From Lingula anatina (lineage: Eukaryota > Animalia > Brachiopoda), in assembly GCA_051362555.1 (NCBI GenBank), contig CM120643.1:16372848-16436847 (forward strand): a DNA stretch of 64,000 nucleotides. The letters are read 5' to 3'. Of this stretch, positions 1 through 13,727 are shown piece by piece; position 1 is the stretch's first letter, and each line of letters begins with the position of its first letter. A program made the position numbers and the translations under genes. The notes under the pieces are model-generated. The model did no database searches. It saw only the letters and a program-made list of their open reading frames with translations, and was not told the DNA's origin.

Positions 1-198
1 ACATTGGCATTTCTTTTCTCGGGGTGATTCCACACCCGTTGTCAATATGTACAAAATATAAGCACCGTGTCACAAAACAAGCTGAAAAATGACAGAAAAA
101 AACAGCATATCTAGAGAGTACCCAGAGAAATATCTGTAAATGTCCACTAAAATATATATCTATGGTCCTGGTACATGCAGAGGGTACAGTATGTTTAC

Positions 199-3100
199 CG
201 CAGTTTTGCATTTCATCAGCTCCGTCGTCACAGTGTTCGTAGCCGTCGCATACATAGCTCATGTGGATACAATTGGTACTGCTCGGGCAGAGGAACTCAT
301 TACTCCGACACTCTGGAAATATTCACATTACACAATTTTTTCAATACTGGGTTACCAACAATCTGTTCCTAAAATGTTATTTCATTTTTTTTCTTTTCTT
401 TTTTCGAGATTTTGGTGCAGCTACAGGGTTGCTTATTTAGGTAATAGGCCTACCTTCCGTGTTACAGGTGTTATTCTAATGAAAATAAAAATAAAAAACA
501 ATATCTCTGTAACAATATTATGTTTTAGATGGTCAAGTACGTGCAATGCCAATAAACGACTTATAGGCGTAGATTAGAAGACTCTGTTTGACACTCCCTT
601 GGAATATTGTAAACACTTTAGGCAACCTCGGGGAAAACAATGATACATCGCCAAAAGGTCAGAATAGGAGACAGAAAACACGCATCTCCTACCTACGTTG
701 TTGAATCACTTTTCTTATCGCGTACCAATCAAACCTTGAACACCTGCGTTTAAATGAAACTACTCCCAACCAATCTTTACCACAAACAGCAAATGCAATA
801 GTTTTTTTTTTCTAATTTCTGAACGCTCTTCATATTTCTTTGCTCAAATAACCCGATGAATCACTGAATAAAGACAGCAGTCACGCAATTTCCATTGGGT
901 TTTGCAGAAAAATATTTCTGATCCAAATCGTTACCCTGAGACCCCAAACCCTGAAAGTAACTTCTCAGAATCGCTTTTAGCGGAAAGTGTTTCCAATAGA
1001 CTCTGAAACTCAGGGTGATATTGCCAGACAAATACAAGACTTACCACAGTTCTGCATCTCGTCTCTGCCGTCATGGCAATCCAGTCGTCTGTCACACACT
1101 TTAGCCAAGCTTATACACCCTCCGTTTGGGCACTTAAACTGGAACTCGTTGCAAAAAGTGCTGTCTGAAAATGGAACCACAGAACTAGTGGTCATCGCTA
1201 AGCAACATTATATACTATGATTTATTTCAAACATTTTAACGTTAAAACACTCACATGAATGAAACAATGTTCATATAAACCCCAGTGTATAATTCATAGC
1301 ATAATTCTCCGAGGAGCTTTAGAAAAACTTCTACAAGAAAATGTGATGTTTACGCTAATTATAACAAAATCGACATGAAAACATTATACTGATTTTGATT
1401 TTTTTTTTTTTTTCATTATGCTGGACTTACGTGGTATTTATATAGTGTAGATTTATTAACAAATAAAAGTGAGAACCGAGCGTGGCTTAACATTGCCAAA
1501 AAAAGAAAATCCATCATATTAAACCCCATTAAAATTTTAAATATCATTGTCTTATAATTATATTTTGCAGATTTCAAGTCATTCACTAAGGCTAGTATTA
1601 AAAGTGACTGATCGGCACTTACATATTTCTAATCAAAACGTCGATCAGCAAAGAAATACTGCAATGACCTATGTTGCCATCGTTCTTGTTTTAGAGGATT
1701 GCGGTACATATTTAGGGCGTGCGCGACAATTAAGACAACCACAACTTCCACACAAGTTTACATAAGTCTTATTTTTGAAATTTTTGTCCTTTCTTCTCAG
1801 ATATCTTGAAATCACTATGTACTGTACAGGGGCGGATTGAGGTCGTCTTCTGGGTCTTCCGGAAGACGGTCAGATTTTCAAGTTTACATTGACGGGCATC
1901 AACTTTTTCTGTCGGAAGACGGTCAAAATTGGAGGATGGATCAACAAAGATAATTTGGAAGACTGATAGAAAATAGCTCTGGATCCGCCCCTGCTGTATA
2001 CATGTGAAATTAGAGATTAAAAACCTGTTCGCCTGCGCTATGCAATTTTCCTGTCAGTCAGCCAGTAGACCTGACAGGCCAATTAGCCGGCGCTGCCGTG
2101 TGTTTTGAACGACCAGTTCTGTAATGTTGGATTATTGTTTAAGTTTAACGGTATAGCGAAGCACAGGGGCACAAACAATAACTTTATTTTTCAGTTTAAC
2201 GAGCAAATTTGGAAGAAAACAAGCGTTTTTATCCCATATTTTGCATTAAAACTGCCCTCCCCTACTGTTGTATATTCTTTGTACACCCCCTTCCACAACA
2301 GCATACCGGATCCACCAGTGGGAATATAATCCATAATGTCAGATAATAGTAGAGATATATCGTATAATATCAAATGTCAGATTTCTTTGGTCTAAACAGA
2401 AAACTTCTCACATCTAACATAGTTGTACATAAAAGATCAATATGCCAAAACATCTGTTTGTAACGCCGAGTTCTCAAGGCTGTGACTCTATTTCTAACTA
2501 TCTGGACAGATTTGGAATTCACTGATAGGTAAATGTCATATCATGTTACAGCAAATTATTATCGACATTTTTTCTTTCGAATCGTCTGGCATATGCTTAC
2601 AATGCAGAGCAATCTTTTAACACGAATTTTCAGGTAAAGAGATATTATTATGGTAACCATTATCTCGACTGCCGGAAGTAATTTAGCCTTTCGTAACATA
2701 CAGTTTTAAGTAATAGCTCAAAAACTCTTCATGTGTTATTTCGAATACATAAGCACGAACTTTGTAGTTCTGAGAATCTCAAGCTTATGTAAACCAGTGC
2801 TATGTAATTATTTTTGCATGAACTACGGACAATTGCCAAATTGAGCATATATAACTTGGGTTTAATGTAATAGCATTATTATTGTTGCCTCCTAGTGCGT
2901 CTATCTGCTACTAATGCCTTATTATTAATACTCTCTTATGAAACATAACAATGGGGATAAGGAAAAATATCACACCATATGTAGATTGTCAGAAAAACGG
3001 CAAAGTTGAGCACAAAATGTAATAATTCAGAAATAACGTTTAAACTAAGAAAAACGTTATTTATTAGTGTTAATAAAATTGATTTTGAATGGGGTCCTAC

Positions 3101-6100
3101 GCCATTGCTGCTTATTGTTCTTTAGACCTGAAAGTAACTTAAGCTGTGTTGAAATAAGATTCAGTGATTCCTTTAGTGGAGACAGTGTTCTGTGTGTGGA
3201 ATAAGCCTTGTCCAATGAAGCATACGATGCATATTACTCAGACTAATGACGTGGCAGAGGATATATATGTAGGTACAGGCCTTTATACTTACTGCATCCT
3301 GTCAGTGTATAGGATTCATCGGAGCCGTCTCCACAGTCGTCGGTGCCGTCACATAACACAGCGCGTGACACACAGAGCCCGCTAGAACAGGTGAAATGGG
3401 ATGGTAGACATCCTGGAAATTGACATTTCATTACAGAAATTAAACCTCTGTCTTTCTAAATTAAAAAGTTAATGATTCTTTTTTTGGTAGAGAAAATGAA
3501 ATAATTTGATATATAAGGATTGGCTAAAATGTATTTTGGTTACAAAAAAAAAAACGTTTATGTAACATGTTTTCCGGTGGTAATTTTAAATAATAGATTT
3601 AATACCATATATAAGGGCGATTTTCTACTTCTAAGAATCCAAAGCTCATATCAGCCGATTAGACACGTCAGTATTTGTTATTTATGGAATTGATTGTTTT
3701 CACACGAACTCAAAGGAAATGAAAAATTGAGCCGTGATAACCTGGACATTATAAGTAATAAATACAATAACATGTACCCTCTTATATCCAGGTGTCTCTC
3801 TCAGCTGCTAATGTCATATTATTGAAAACACTAAGGAGACATAACGAAGACAATAATGAAAAATATTATTGCACAAATGGATGAGTTTCTTCAAATAGAA
3901 AAATTAGTAAGCAATTACGTGGACTATCATAATCCTTGTCTAAGACCTAAACTATATATAACTGTATCTTCTGATGGCTCATTGGAATCTGTGTCAAACT
4001 GGAAGGGTTCCAAAATTTATGTCGTAATAAACGGCGCAGATGCAGAGCGAAGAGAATATAAGAAAAAAACAAACCGTGGAGCAGTTCCGACTCCGCACAT
4101 GAGCTTCTACCCTCTACCAGGGCCGCAGTTATTATTGTGGACATGTTTGCTGACATCAGACCAAAATGACCGTCTATTTATCTAGAGACATATCTGTGAA
4201 TATCTGTGGAAAATCAATCTGTCACCCTGGTAGAGGGTAATGAGCTTCCATCATTCACTTCGAACGGTGCGAGAGTGTCAGCAACTAGTGTTTGTAAAAT
4301 GGGGCCCATGCTTACCACATTTCAGTCCAGGTTCATCACTGTTATCCGGGCAGTCGGGATCGCCATCACAGTACTTTTGAACCTCAATACACTGTCCAGT
4401 GCCACACCGAAACTGGGTCACTGAGCAATCTAGGAAAATGAATTGGGAACATTTCCTTTTTGCATTTCTTGGCCGTGGGGTGTACATGTAGCTATGTCTC
4501 ACTATACCATTACTTTTAAAACAATGATGCTTTAATAACATGGTACTCTAAAAGTTTGTTGTAAGTAACCTAAGCTTTATGATAGACTATTTATTAAAAC
4601 TAGTTTGGTTTCTGATTAAAAATAGCAATTAACTGCAATTCATTTCATCACTCCCGTCCTCGCAGTGTTCAGTTCCATCGCATATCTGATAGTCCATAAT
4701 ACACTTGCCGCTTGTTTTACACTTGGTTTGTTCTCTTAGACAAGCTGAAATAAAAAAGATATACACAAACGTCTCATAACAATGCAAGCAATCATGTAAT
4801 GGGATATATTCACTGTGCAATTGATTCCTTTCTGGTACATTGTAGGCCTACCTACATGACAATGGTCTCATTTCACCCTTTATCAAAAATCGGGCTTACA
4901 TTAGCCCTAATAACGACTGATTGGATATTCTCATTCTGCAGGTAATGTTTCCGTTAAAACTGTTTTGTGCCAACTGTACGAAGACGAATTATTATTGTAA
5001 TTGTGATTTGATGTTTACGGTAGGTTCTTTTCTCTTCTTTGTCATTACACCTTATCAAAAGATACATTAATTAAAAAATAGTAATAAATAGATAAAGGAA
5101 TAAATACAATTGTGAAAAAATCAAGTTGTTAATGGCATATTTTGAGGGGGGGCTTGAAGCATTCCAACATCTTGTCGTCTAATTAAACATATTTCAGGCG
5201 AGTGTGGTCAGGCGAAAAATCACAAAACAGATGCGTAAGTACTTGTTTACTTACTGCAATTAGGCTTTTCATCACTTCCGTCAAAACAGTCATCTTTGCC
5301 ATCACACCAACGACTTTTATCATAGCAAAGGCCATTCTCACACCGGAACTCCCATGACCCGCATGCTGCAACAAAAAACAACAACTACAGTATCATATTA
5401 CCAATTAAATCTGATACCTTCTCAAGGCATCATCATTGTCTGATATTTCATACAATGATAGTGAAAAGACAGAGGTCATATCCTTTGAAGAACCGTCAAA
5501 ACAAATTGTATATCTAAGTGTTTTCTTGTCGATATGACTGATCGCTTATTGTTGCTGGCTTTAATTGGTGAAAATCTTGACTTATCAGGGCAAATCAAAC
5601 AGTGATATTGTGCTATCAGAAGTTATTAAATCAATCAGTGTCAGTCCTAGAATACCAATGATGTTTTCAATAAAATATGTTTGTTCTTATTTTAATTTTC
5701 TGATCAACTGTGCCTTCATGTAGTCATTATATAGAACCTTTGGACCTCGATATTTTATTGATTGTTTACGGAGCCAATAGGGGAAGATAACCCGATGAGA
5801 CGGTAGGGAAGAATGCTTTCAGGAAAAATCGGTGAGACAGTAGGTGATGAAATTTTCAAGAAAGACCGTTTCTGTACAAACACGTATGTCCCTGTTTACA
5901 AAAGACAAATTATGATCCTGACAGGAATGACAGTGCGCTAACAACCGACGCCCGTTTCCCATTACTTTGTGCAGGTGACATTCGTCCATATACTAACCCC
6001 AATACCCCCACTAACTCTAATCATATATGGGACCCCAGACTTCCATTCCTCGAACTACCATTCCTGTCACACCGTCTCTTAAAATGTCAGCAATAGCATT

Positions 6101-8978
6101 CGCCCCAGCTACCAATATCTTCTAAGAGTGAGATTTTGTTTTTGTCTACGACCAACTTACGGCACCAGGTTTCATCACTACGGTCCTGACAATCTAGTCG
6201 TCGGTCGCACAGTTTGGACCCCGGTATACACTGACCAGACGAACATTTTCCCTGGCTGGACAGGCAGGCTAAAGGGGAGGAATATGTCTTCATATATTCA
6301 TGTATATTTTATCTACAGATTTTATTATTAAAGAAATGAAAAGGGGAAGAAATTTTCTGCCAAACTGTAAATGAGATACGCAATAGGGGGGTCGTAGTAT
6401 ATATTCAAAAAGTAATAAAAGTACGGCAGTAGTGATTTTAATCAAAAAAGAAAAGAAAGACAGAAATGTTATAATTCAACTCCAACAGCATAAAAATGAG
6501 ATTTTTAACAATTCTGTTCATATAAAACGGTACATGTTTATATGTGTACAACATAATACAATGATAACGTTTTATTTTCAAGAAATAAGGCGGGATTAAT
6601 AACCCAGTGCATCTTTGAATCTTTTCAGTTGTCCTCGGTCAAATTACGCTATCGTACTAAAACAGTATACAAAATAAAAGTATGAGTATGCGATAAAATA
6701 ATTTTATGACAAGCCACTAGCGCACCCTGTGGACAGAGAGTAGTTCAAATGGGCATCTTTATATAACTATACATATACAATGTACTTTTATATGTAGTAG
6801 CTGTGAGCTGTAATCTTACTGCAGTTTTGAAGCTCATCACTCCCATCCGGGCAGTCAGGAGTGCCGTCACACCAGTGATCCTCGTGGACGCAGAGGGGGG
6901 TCGTCTGGCAGCGGAACTGGTTCACCAAACACGCTGATTTACAATAAATAGATGCATCGATTATAAAGGCTATATTATGTTAAAAGGCATAGATCTATAA
7001 ACTACTTGCATTCTTTTCTAGATGTGAACGTCAGTAATTTATCAGAATCCATGGATTCAGAACCTACTTCAAGTACTCACAATTCTGAGCTCTATACCGG
7101 TAGATGACCTTACTTGGACCGTAATTATTTGGTCCTTATTATATTTCATAAAAAAGATTTTATAAACACAACGAGAAAAAAAATAAATAATTAGAAAAGA
7201 ATAAGATGAATTTTTTTTAAGAAAGAAGGAAAGTTGTTTTTCTGTGCAAGATTGATGCACGACATTTTTCATCTTTGGCTATCTACATTGTGACGGTTGC
7301 GACCAATCGCAATGACTGCAGACAACTGGCACAATCTCAGCATTTGTACTTTCAAAGAAATCACCTTCGCATTCGCAGAAAATAGATCTACGCATTCGAT
7401 ACCCAAAACATAACAAATATAAGAGGAATTTGATGACTCCTCGTGTTCGTGAAAGTTGCATTAATTGCATAGCTTGTGCCTTTAATATTTGTATGAATAG
7501 TCAACATGAAATAAGAATAATAATGCCTGTATTTGCTTGAAATATTTCGATCGTTTAAGTTGTAAAGGCCTACTTACGACATCCAGCTTCATCTGAGTAA
7601 TCACCACACTGGTTTCTGTTGTCACATTTAAGAGATGGTCTGATACATTTCCCGTTGTCACATCTAAACTCGGTGTCCGTGCACACTGCAAAAATATTTG
7701 ATTAAACAGGAACTCACTTTTTTCAAAACATTTCTAAGAAAAAACGGAGGAATATACTTGTATTCGAGCATAAAGAAGAATCAGATTTAAAATTAACTTT
7801 AGATAAATTATCAGTAGTAGTGTTACATCAAATTTATAAATCATCAAGCCATTAAACACATCACGTTAGGGCCACGTGGCCATTTATAGCAACGTGTGAG
7901 TGCTCACGTGCACTAGGTTATAACCTCTTTCTCGGTCTGTTACTAAACCACGTGAATCCCTTGGTTGTTCCTGACCTACTTATTCTAGCTCCATCAACAA
8001 TCATTGGGTCCATCTTACTATTGTGCCCTCTGATATTAATGTTCATTAATTCTAAGACCAGACTAAATTGATAAATTGGTCAGCTAGAGTGACCAAAGCT
8101 AGTTTTGATAAAATCAGTATTTTTAGCGCAGCAATACATTTTTCTTTTCAAATGCTGAAAAATGCATTCGGCATTGCTGTGTAAAGTATGAATTCCTACA
8201 GTAGACCAACGGAAAACATTCATGTTACTGTTTTTATATGCTCTAAGGCACCTGTACGCTTTTTCCTCGATCAAATGAATTTTTTCTGAAAAAGAAAAGG
8301 AAGTTTCTCGTACTCAGAAATCATTGCTCGACTTGGATTCTCTACTTTAAGCAGTTATTTATTTATTTTATGGTATGTTCTTGTATATATCAATGTGAAC
8401 TCTCGACGCCATGTACTTCAACTTAGGGGTTTTATAGTCTTTTAAGGTATCGATCGGAAAAAATAGGAGCTTTGCAGGATGGCAGATATATTGAAACTAT
8501 GACTTTGGGAAAAGCATATAGTGAACCTTTTAAAATTGCTCACACTTTGTCCGTTAAACATCATGTTTTAGAATAAAAAGCTGGAATTCGCCTTCCTACC
8601 AGTTTTATCAGACCCCGGTTTCACAAAAAAAAAAAAAGCTTGGTTTAGTTGAGAATGCTGTTACACTGTTCCTGATAGGTTAAGACGTGCGCATGTGCGC
8701 ATGTGACCATGTAACGCTGGTAATTAAGTTCTTACCCAGGGTAACTGACTTTATTTTATTTTATCATCTTATTTTTTTTTTCAATTATTTTTTTTTTTTT
8801 TTAATTTTTATTATAATTATTATTATTATTTTTTTTTTTTTCTTGAAACCGTGCTTGGCCTTACCGCAGTTTTGCATTTCATCGGAGCCGTCACTGCAGT
8901 CGTCCTCCCTGTCACACAGCCAGCTCTCCCACACACAGGCACTGCCGTCCAGGCACGCCCACTGGAAGGCACCACAGG
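199..8978 (-). CDS. Array of 10 LDL-receptor class A repeats, one per phase 1-1 exon of 108-120 nt
   Basis: Each exon encodes the six-Cys LDLa pattern ending in C-x-D-x2-DE, e.g. [37 protein letters not shown] (8865-8978), [37 protein letters not shown] (6820-6933) and [37 protein letters not shown] (199-312). Confidence 0.93.
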
Positions 8979-9323
8979 CTGAAACGGGATCAAACAGAAT
9001 AGAGATATTCTCACAGGATCAAATAGGATAGAGCAGTTCTTATAGGATCAAACAGGTTAAAGAGCCTACAGTGTATTCTAAGAGACGTCACACATTTTAC
9101 AGCAGCTCACGTTATACATACTACACATCATGGGTAAGAAGTGTCTCTGACGATGATTCACAACGAGAGTCTTCTCTTATTTACGCAGTAATATACATGT
9201 ATGTAGTAGCAATATATCATTTAAATACATGTATATGTCATCGGATATATTACTGCTATGTATAAAAATAAAGAATCAAACGAAAAACTACCTGAGGAAA
9301 AAAATTACAGCTACAGACACAGT

Positions 9324-9393
<70 letters not shown>

Positions 9394-10607
9394 ACAGAAC
9401 ACATACGGTAGGGGGTCGTTGGTATCGCCGTGCTGCTCGTGCCAGGAGTGCTCGTGTTGACGGTAGTGACCGGACTGTGCGTCATAGCAGTTGAACGAAG
9501 CAAGGAGGCGGTAGTCGTCTTAACTGCTGAAGTTGGCGTAGAAGTTGAGACAATTTTCGTCACGGTAGAATAGGTGTCACCTGTTGTGACAAAGGATGTG
9601 GTACCCGTTGTACTGGTGACATTTTTCTCTTGGTGACCTGTTGTAACGGACAGGGTTGGCGTCGCAGGAGTAGAAGTGGCTGCTGTCAATAATGCAACTA
9701 GAACCGGAGTATTACATAAATTCAAATAAAAATAATTTTGGACTGATACAATAGTAATGTGCGATTTATTTTCGAGACGTTTAAATTCTATATAAGCTTT
9801 TTGCAAAAGAAACCAGTTCTTATATTTTTTTATCTTTTTGAAAATCCCCTCTTGTTTAGTACATAGATCATACCGGTACCTGAAAATTTTACTTTGCTGA
9901 TATCAATTTTCCACCCAGTGAAGGCGTCTCCTTCTTCTTCCCTCACTGCGTTATTAAGGGTTTCCACCGCCTTTCCTACCATCTCGTCGCTGTTTGTCTT
10001 AAAGCCAATTTTGTATGTAACACGGACACTACCCGCTCTAAAAAAATTAATGTTCAAATGTACAAGACAACGACCAAAACTTGCTCAGTGGTAACTGCCT
10101 AGATTCAAAATTTGAATTTTAGTTCACAGTTCATGGTTGTGCTAGTCCTACAAAGGTATGAGTCGTTTAACCTACTAAGAAATCCCCTCTCAATGCATTT
10201 TATGCCAAAAAAAAAACCTTAGTAAAGGGAAAATGTGAAATTGCAAAGAACAAAATAACAGTTTTTTTTAGCATTACCTAAATTGCGTCACCTGACAGCC
10301 CGCGTACAGGTGAGCGAACCTGGAGCGTTTGTACACAGCATCTATCTGAAGTGAAACGGTAGACTCTTACATTAACCTGGAGTTGCACGCTAAATAAACT
10401 GAAACTGTATCCTCTATTTAAGTTTCATAGGGCGATTTAATTTAAACACAATTGACGATCTCTTCTTTCTGAGCGTTATTTAACATAATATTTAAGATAT
10501 ATTAAGAAGATTCTTTTGTACTTCCCTTATATTACCTAATAAATAAATAAAATCGCAGCAAGTCTAGGTTTTTTGTGTCTAATACTGGCTAGGGAAGTAA
10601 AAATGGA

Positions 10608-10644
<37 letters not shown>

Positions 10645-11890
10645 CACACACACACACACGCACACGCACACACACCTCTGTACAGAAAACGTATGCCAGG
10701 TTTTTATATTCTTTCGATGCTGGATCCTGTAAATCTGGGGAGTAATTCCAGTTTGATATTGTCAACTCTCCCACAACTGTCTTTTGTGCCGCTGAAAAAA
10801 ATTAAAAAGTATCACGATATGTGTACTTTTTTTGTCTATGGCGTTAAATTATCCCCTACTACTTATTTCACGTATTCACAAGTTGTTTTTAAACTGTACA
10901 ATAAATGATGGAAATAAAAGATGCAAAGTCAATTCACTGAAAAGCCTAGAAAGTAATCAAGTGTGAATATAATTTTCTTAAGAGTCAAGAATTAAAAAAA
11001 AATTGTTTTCACGTTTAGCAAGAATGGGAAATGTCAGAGTTAATTACATGAGATTTTGCTTGCTTTTTTAATTTTAAAATAGAAAAATTAATAGTTTGAA
11101 AGATCTCTTGAAAAGAAACAGTCGATGCTTTTGATGTGAATTGAAAATGAAAGCATGTTTGGAGGGAATCACTATTAAAAATCTGTTTTATAAATTTGAA
11201 AACCGTTATCTTGTTAAAGCAATAATAATATTTAAAATGTTTTACCTTCGTTTGCATTTTGAGCTGGATCGGATGCTGAAAATGTATAAATGACAAATAA
11301 ACACTAAATTCTAAAAGTCAATCATCCATTGAAAATCAAAATATATCGATACAAATATCACCGTCCCAAGAAATCAATGCGGTAGGTCCTTGAAATGAAA
11401 TCACCTTCTCTCAACGTGGCTACAAATCTACATGAAATTTTAACTGTTAATCCTTTGCATCTTTCCTGGAAAGTAAATCCAATTATTGTACATTACTGGC
11501 ACTTCTCGAATAAAAATTCTGCAAACCCATTTCAAGTTTCTTTTAATTCGTGCTTGAAAGTGAACAATGAAAATAAGACTTACTTGCAAAATATATCGAC
11601 ACAAATATGGCCGCCCCAAGCACGATGGTCGCTAATACAGAACAAACCACAAAAACGGAAAAGCGGGCTGAGGTTTTCTTTTCTGAAGAATGGCTGCTGC
11701 TTTCGGTCGCAGACGACAGTGGGGATGGCGTGCTCGTCTTGCTTTTAATATCTGATCCATTAATATTTGGTTCAATTTTTATTTCTATATTCTTGGGATT
11801 GAGGCCATTCTGAATGGCGCCGTCGTTCATGCTGACGTAGGCAGCGTTGTCGTATGCATGGCTCGAGTCTGATGTCGTCTGCTGATCCAT
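199..11890 (-). CDS. Type II transmembrane protein with SEA domain, Thr-rich stalk and >=10 LDL-receptor class A repeats (partial; 3' end outside window; TTSP/enteropeptidase-stem-like)
   Basis: Coding exons in transcript order, all GT-AG and phase-compatible: 11584-11890, 10676-10791, 10278-10345, ~9874-10037, 9407-~9682, 8865-8978, 7578-7685, 6820-6933, 6161-6268, 5255-5365, 4634-4744, 4316-4429, 3293-3412, 1045-1164, 199-312 (about 690 aa). The last exon ends in a phase-1 donor, so the gene continues left of position 1. Confidence 0.9.
1827..1993. mobile_element. MITE-like non-autonomous DNA transposon in an LDLa-gene intron
   Basis: Terminal inverted repeats CAGGGGCGGAT (1827-1837) and ATCCGCCCCTG (1983-1993), flanked by a 5-bp direct repeat CTGTA (1822-1826 and 1994-1998). 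A diverged second copy lies at 32187. Confidence 0.75.
9325..9393. repeat. Compound (ATA)n(GTA)n microsatellite
   Basis: Read directly; intronic, next to the Thr-rich exon donor. Confidence 0.95.
9407..9682 (-). CDS. Thr/Ser/Pro-rich mucin-like stalk exon
   Basis: Translates [16 protein letters not shown]...[11 protein letters not shown]. Phase 1-1; donor GTATGT at 9406-9401; acceptor at 9683 or 9698 (uncertain). Confidence 0.75.
9874..10791 (-). CDS. SEA domain (3 exons)
   Basis: Spliced translation [38 protein letters not shown]|[23 protein letters not shown]|[12 protein letters not shown]...[11 protein letters not shown] matches the SEA pattern (Y-x2-DL-x-DP-x-S-x-EY-x2-L; F-R-x-GSVxV). 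Confidence 0.85.
10610..10675. repeat. (CT)n(CA)n microsatellite
   Basis: Read directly; its end supplies the GTGTGT donor of exon 10676-10791. Confidence 0.9.
11584..11890 (-). CDS. First coding exon: cytoplasmic tail plus signal-anchor TM helix
   Basis: Translates [18 protein letters not shown]...[33 protein letters not shown]. Basic residues precede a ~24-aa hydrophobic helix and there is no N-terminal signal peptide, which indicates type II topology. Donor GTAAGT follows 11584; acceptor near 11918. Confidence 0.85.
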
Positions 11891-13727
11891 CGCGGGGATA
11901 TAGAACGATAGCTGGTTCTGAAATTAAAGCGTTAATTCAGAGCATAAAATCATTTGCCTATAGGGGGTTTCTTTTTTAATGTTATACATGTATATAGGGA
12001 ACAAAGTGGCATTATGACAAGGTGTCGTTCAGAGAGCTGAATCCATGGTGGGCCCTACACGTTCAACACAAACACATACAGAGAAAGAGAGGAGGGGGTG
12101 ATGTAGTTATTTCCTTGTTTGAATTTGAAAAAAAATAGGTAGTGATAAGACATAAGTTGATATAATGGAATTTTACTAAACATAATCATATAATTTTCTA
12201 ATATTTAGTTTCCTTAAAGTGTTTTCGTTTTTGCTACTTCCTTGTCTGCAAAAGGGAGACGGGTTCCAAGGATTCGAGTTAAAAGCAGTAAATTACAATT
12301 AAGTATGATTTAATGTTGTTTCGTATGTCAATCGCATACGTTTATCCACTATTATCCATACGATACTTTAAAATACATGAAATTCGGGTTCGTCTCTATT
12401 CACTGTCATATCCCTGTCAAAACTGATCTGAAATGAAGTATATTACTTTATGATTTAATTTACTGTGTGACTATCACTTCACTAAAGAACAGCCTGACCC
12501 TCTCACCTCCAGTCAAAATAATCTCCTCGCTCAGCGTTTCACTAACGCGCAGATTGGGCCCCTCCAGTCATAAATCTATACCCACAAAGGGCACCATGAT
12601 TCGGTTGCTAAGCTTCACTGTCACTCTACCCTTATTACCATATATCTCTCCTGACAAATCAAAAACTTGTAGAAACATGACGCGCGACATATTATTTTAC
12701 AATACATAAAGCCCCTGCTTTTGGATAATTTACTGTATATCTCCCATAGCTGTGAACTCTTCGACCTCCTACTTTGGATAGAAAACTCCGTGTCATTTCA
12801 GTGAATTTGAAATCCCTTGTCATCAGTCTTTGAAATGTTAAAACGAGAATTGTTCTAATCACCGGTTTAGTTGAACTTCATCGTTCATATCTGACCGTCC
12901 ACTTGAAGGTAATTTATTGTGTAACAACGCTTGTAAAATCTGAAAAGGTTTTTGGGGTATAGTAATAATTGCGTTAACTACGAGTAAGTGTACGTAAGTA
13001 ATGGCATATCGTCATAGTTTTAACAGCTGCTGACGTAGGCTTATGCGCACTTTTCAGAGAGTTCGGGAAATCGAGAAAACTATCACATTTACAACTACAA
13101 ATACTATGACTATGTAAAATTTCCTGATTACTGTTTGATTGGAAGGTTTGGGGTTTCTTTCCATAGCAAATAAGTCAAAAGCCAATTTATTTGTAGTCTC
13201 TACTTTTTTCAATTTATAAAATATTTGAAATAATCATTTGCAATCTACAGAATTCAAATAGTTAATTTCTATCAATGCCTGGAAATCATTCTAACCGTGA
13301 ACTGCTTATAAGTAAATTTAGCACATGATTTTTTTTATTTAAGTAAATTGAAAATGAATACTTATATGAATTATATAGTTTTTAAAGCAAAATAAAATTC
13401 AGATATGTTGTTAAAACCGATCATTATCCTGCAAACGGAAATAGAACTTGAACCACAATAGTTATATATGTTCCGAGCGAAGAATTTGAACAGTTCGCCT
13501 TCAAATTGAAATGTCACTGAATTTTTTATATCAAAGATAGAATAATAAGAATAAAATATGATGATAAAAAATGAGGAAAATGATAAATAAATCCTCTTCA
13601 AATATAATCACAAGGATCATTTATCTAAACCGATAATTATTTGGGGATAATCTGCTAGGACACAGCACATGTTTTGAGAAGTAGAATCGGATAAACTCAA
13701 GTCCCATTGAAATGAAACCAAACTCAC

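Noticed and set aside
140-577. 145-aa plus-strand hydrophobic ORF
   Set aside because: Antisense to LDLa exon 199-312 plus AT-rich intron; no recognisable motif.
9229-9494. Poly-Ile/Val and poly-Asn/Ser ORFs
   Set aside because: Translations of the intronic (ATA)n(GTA)n microsatellite.
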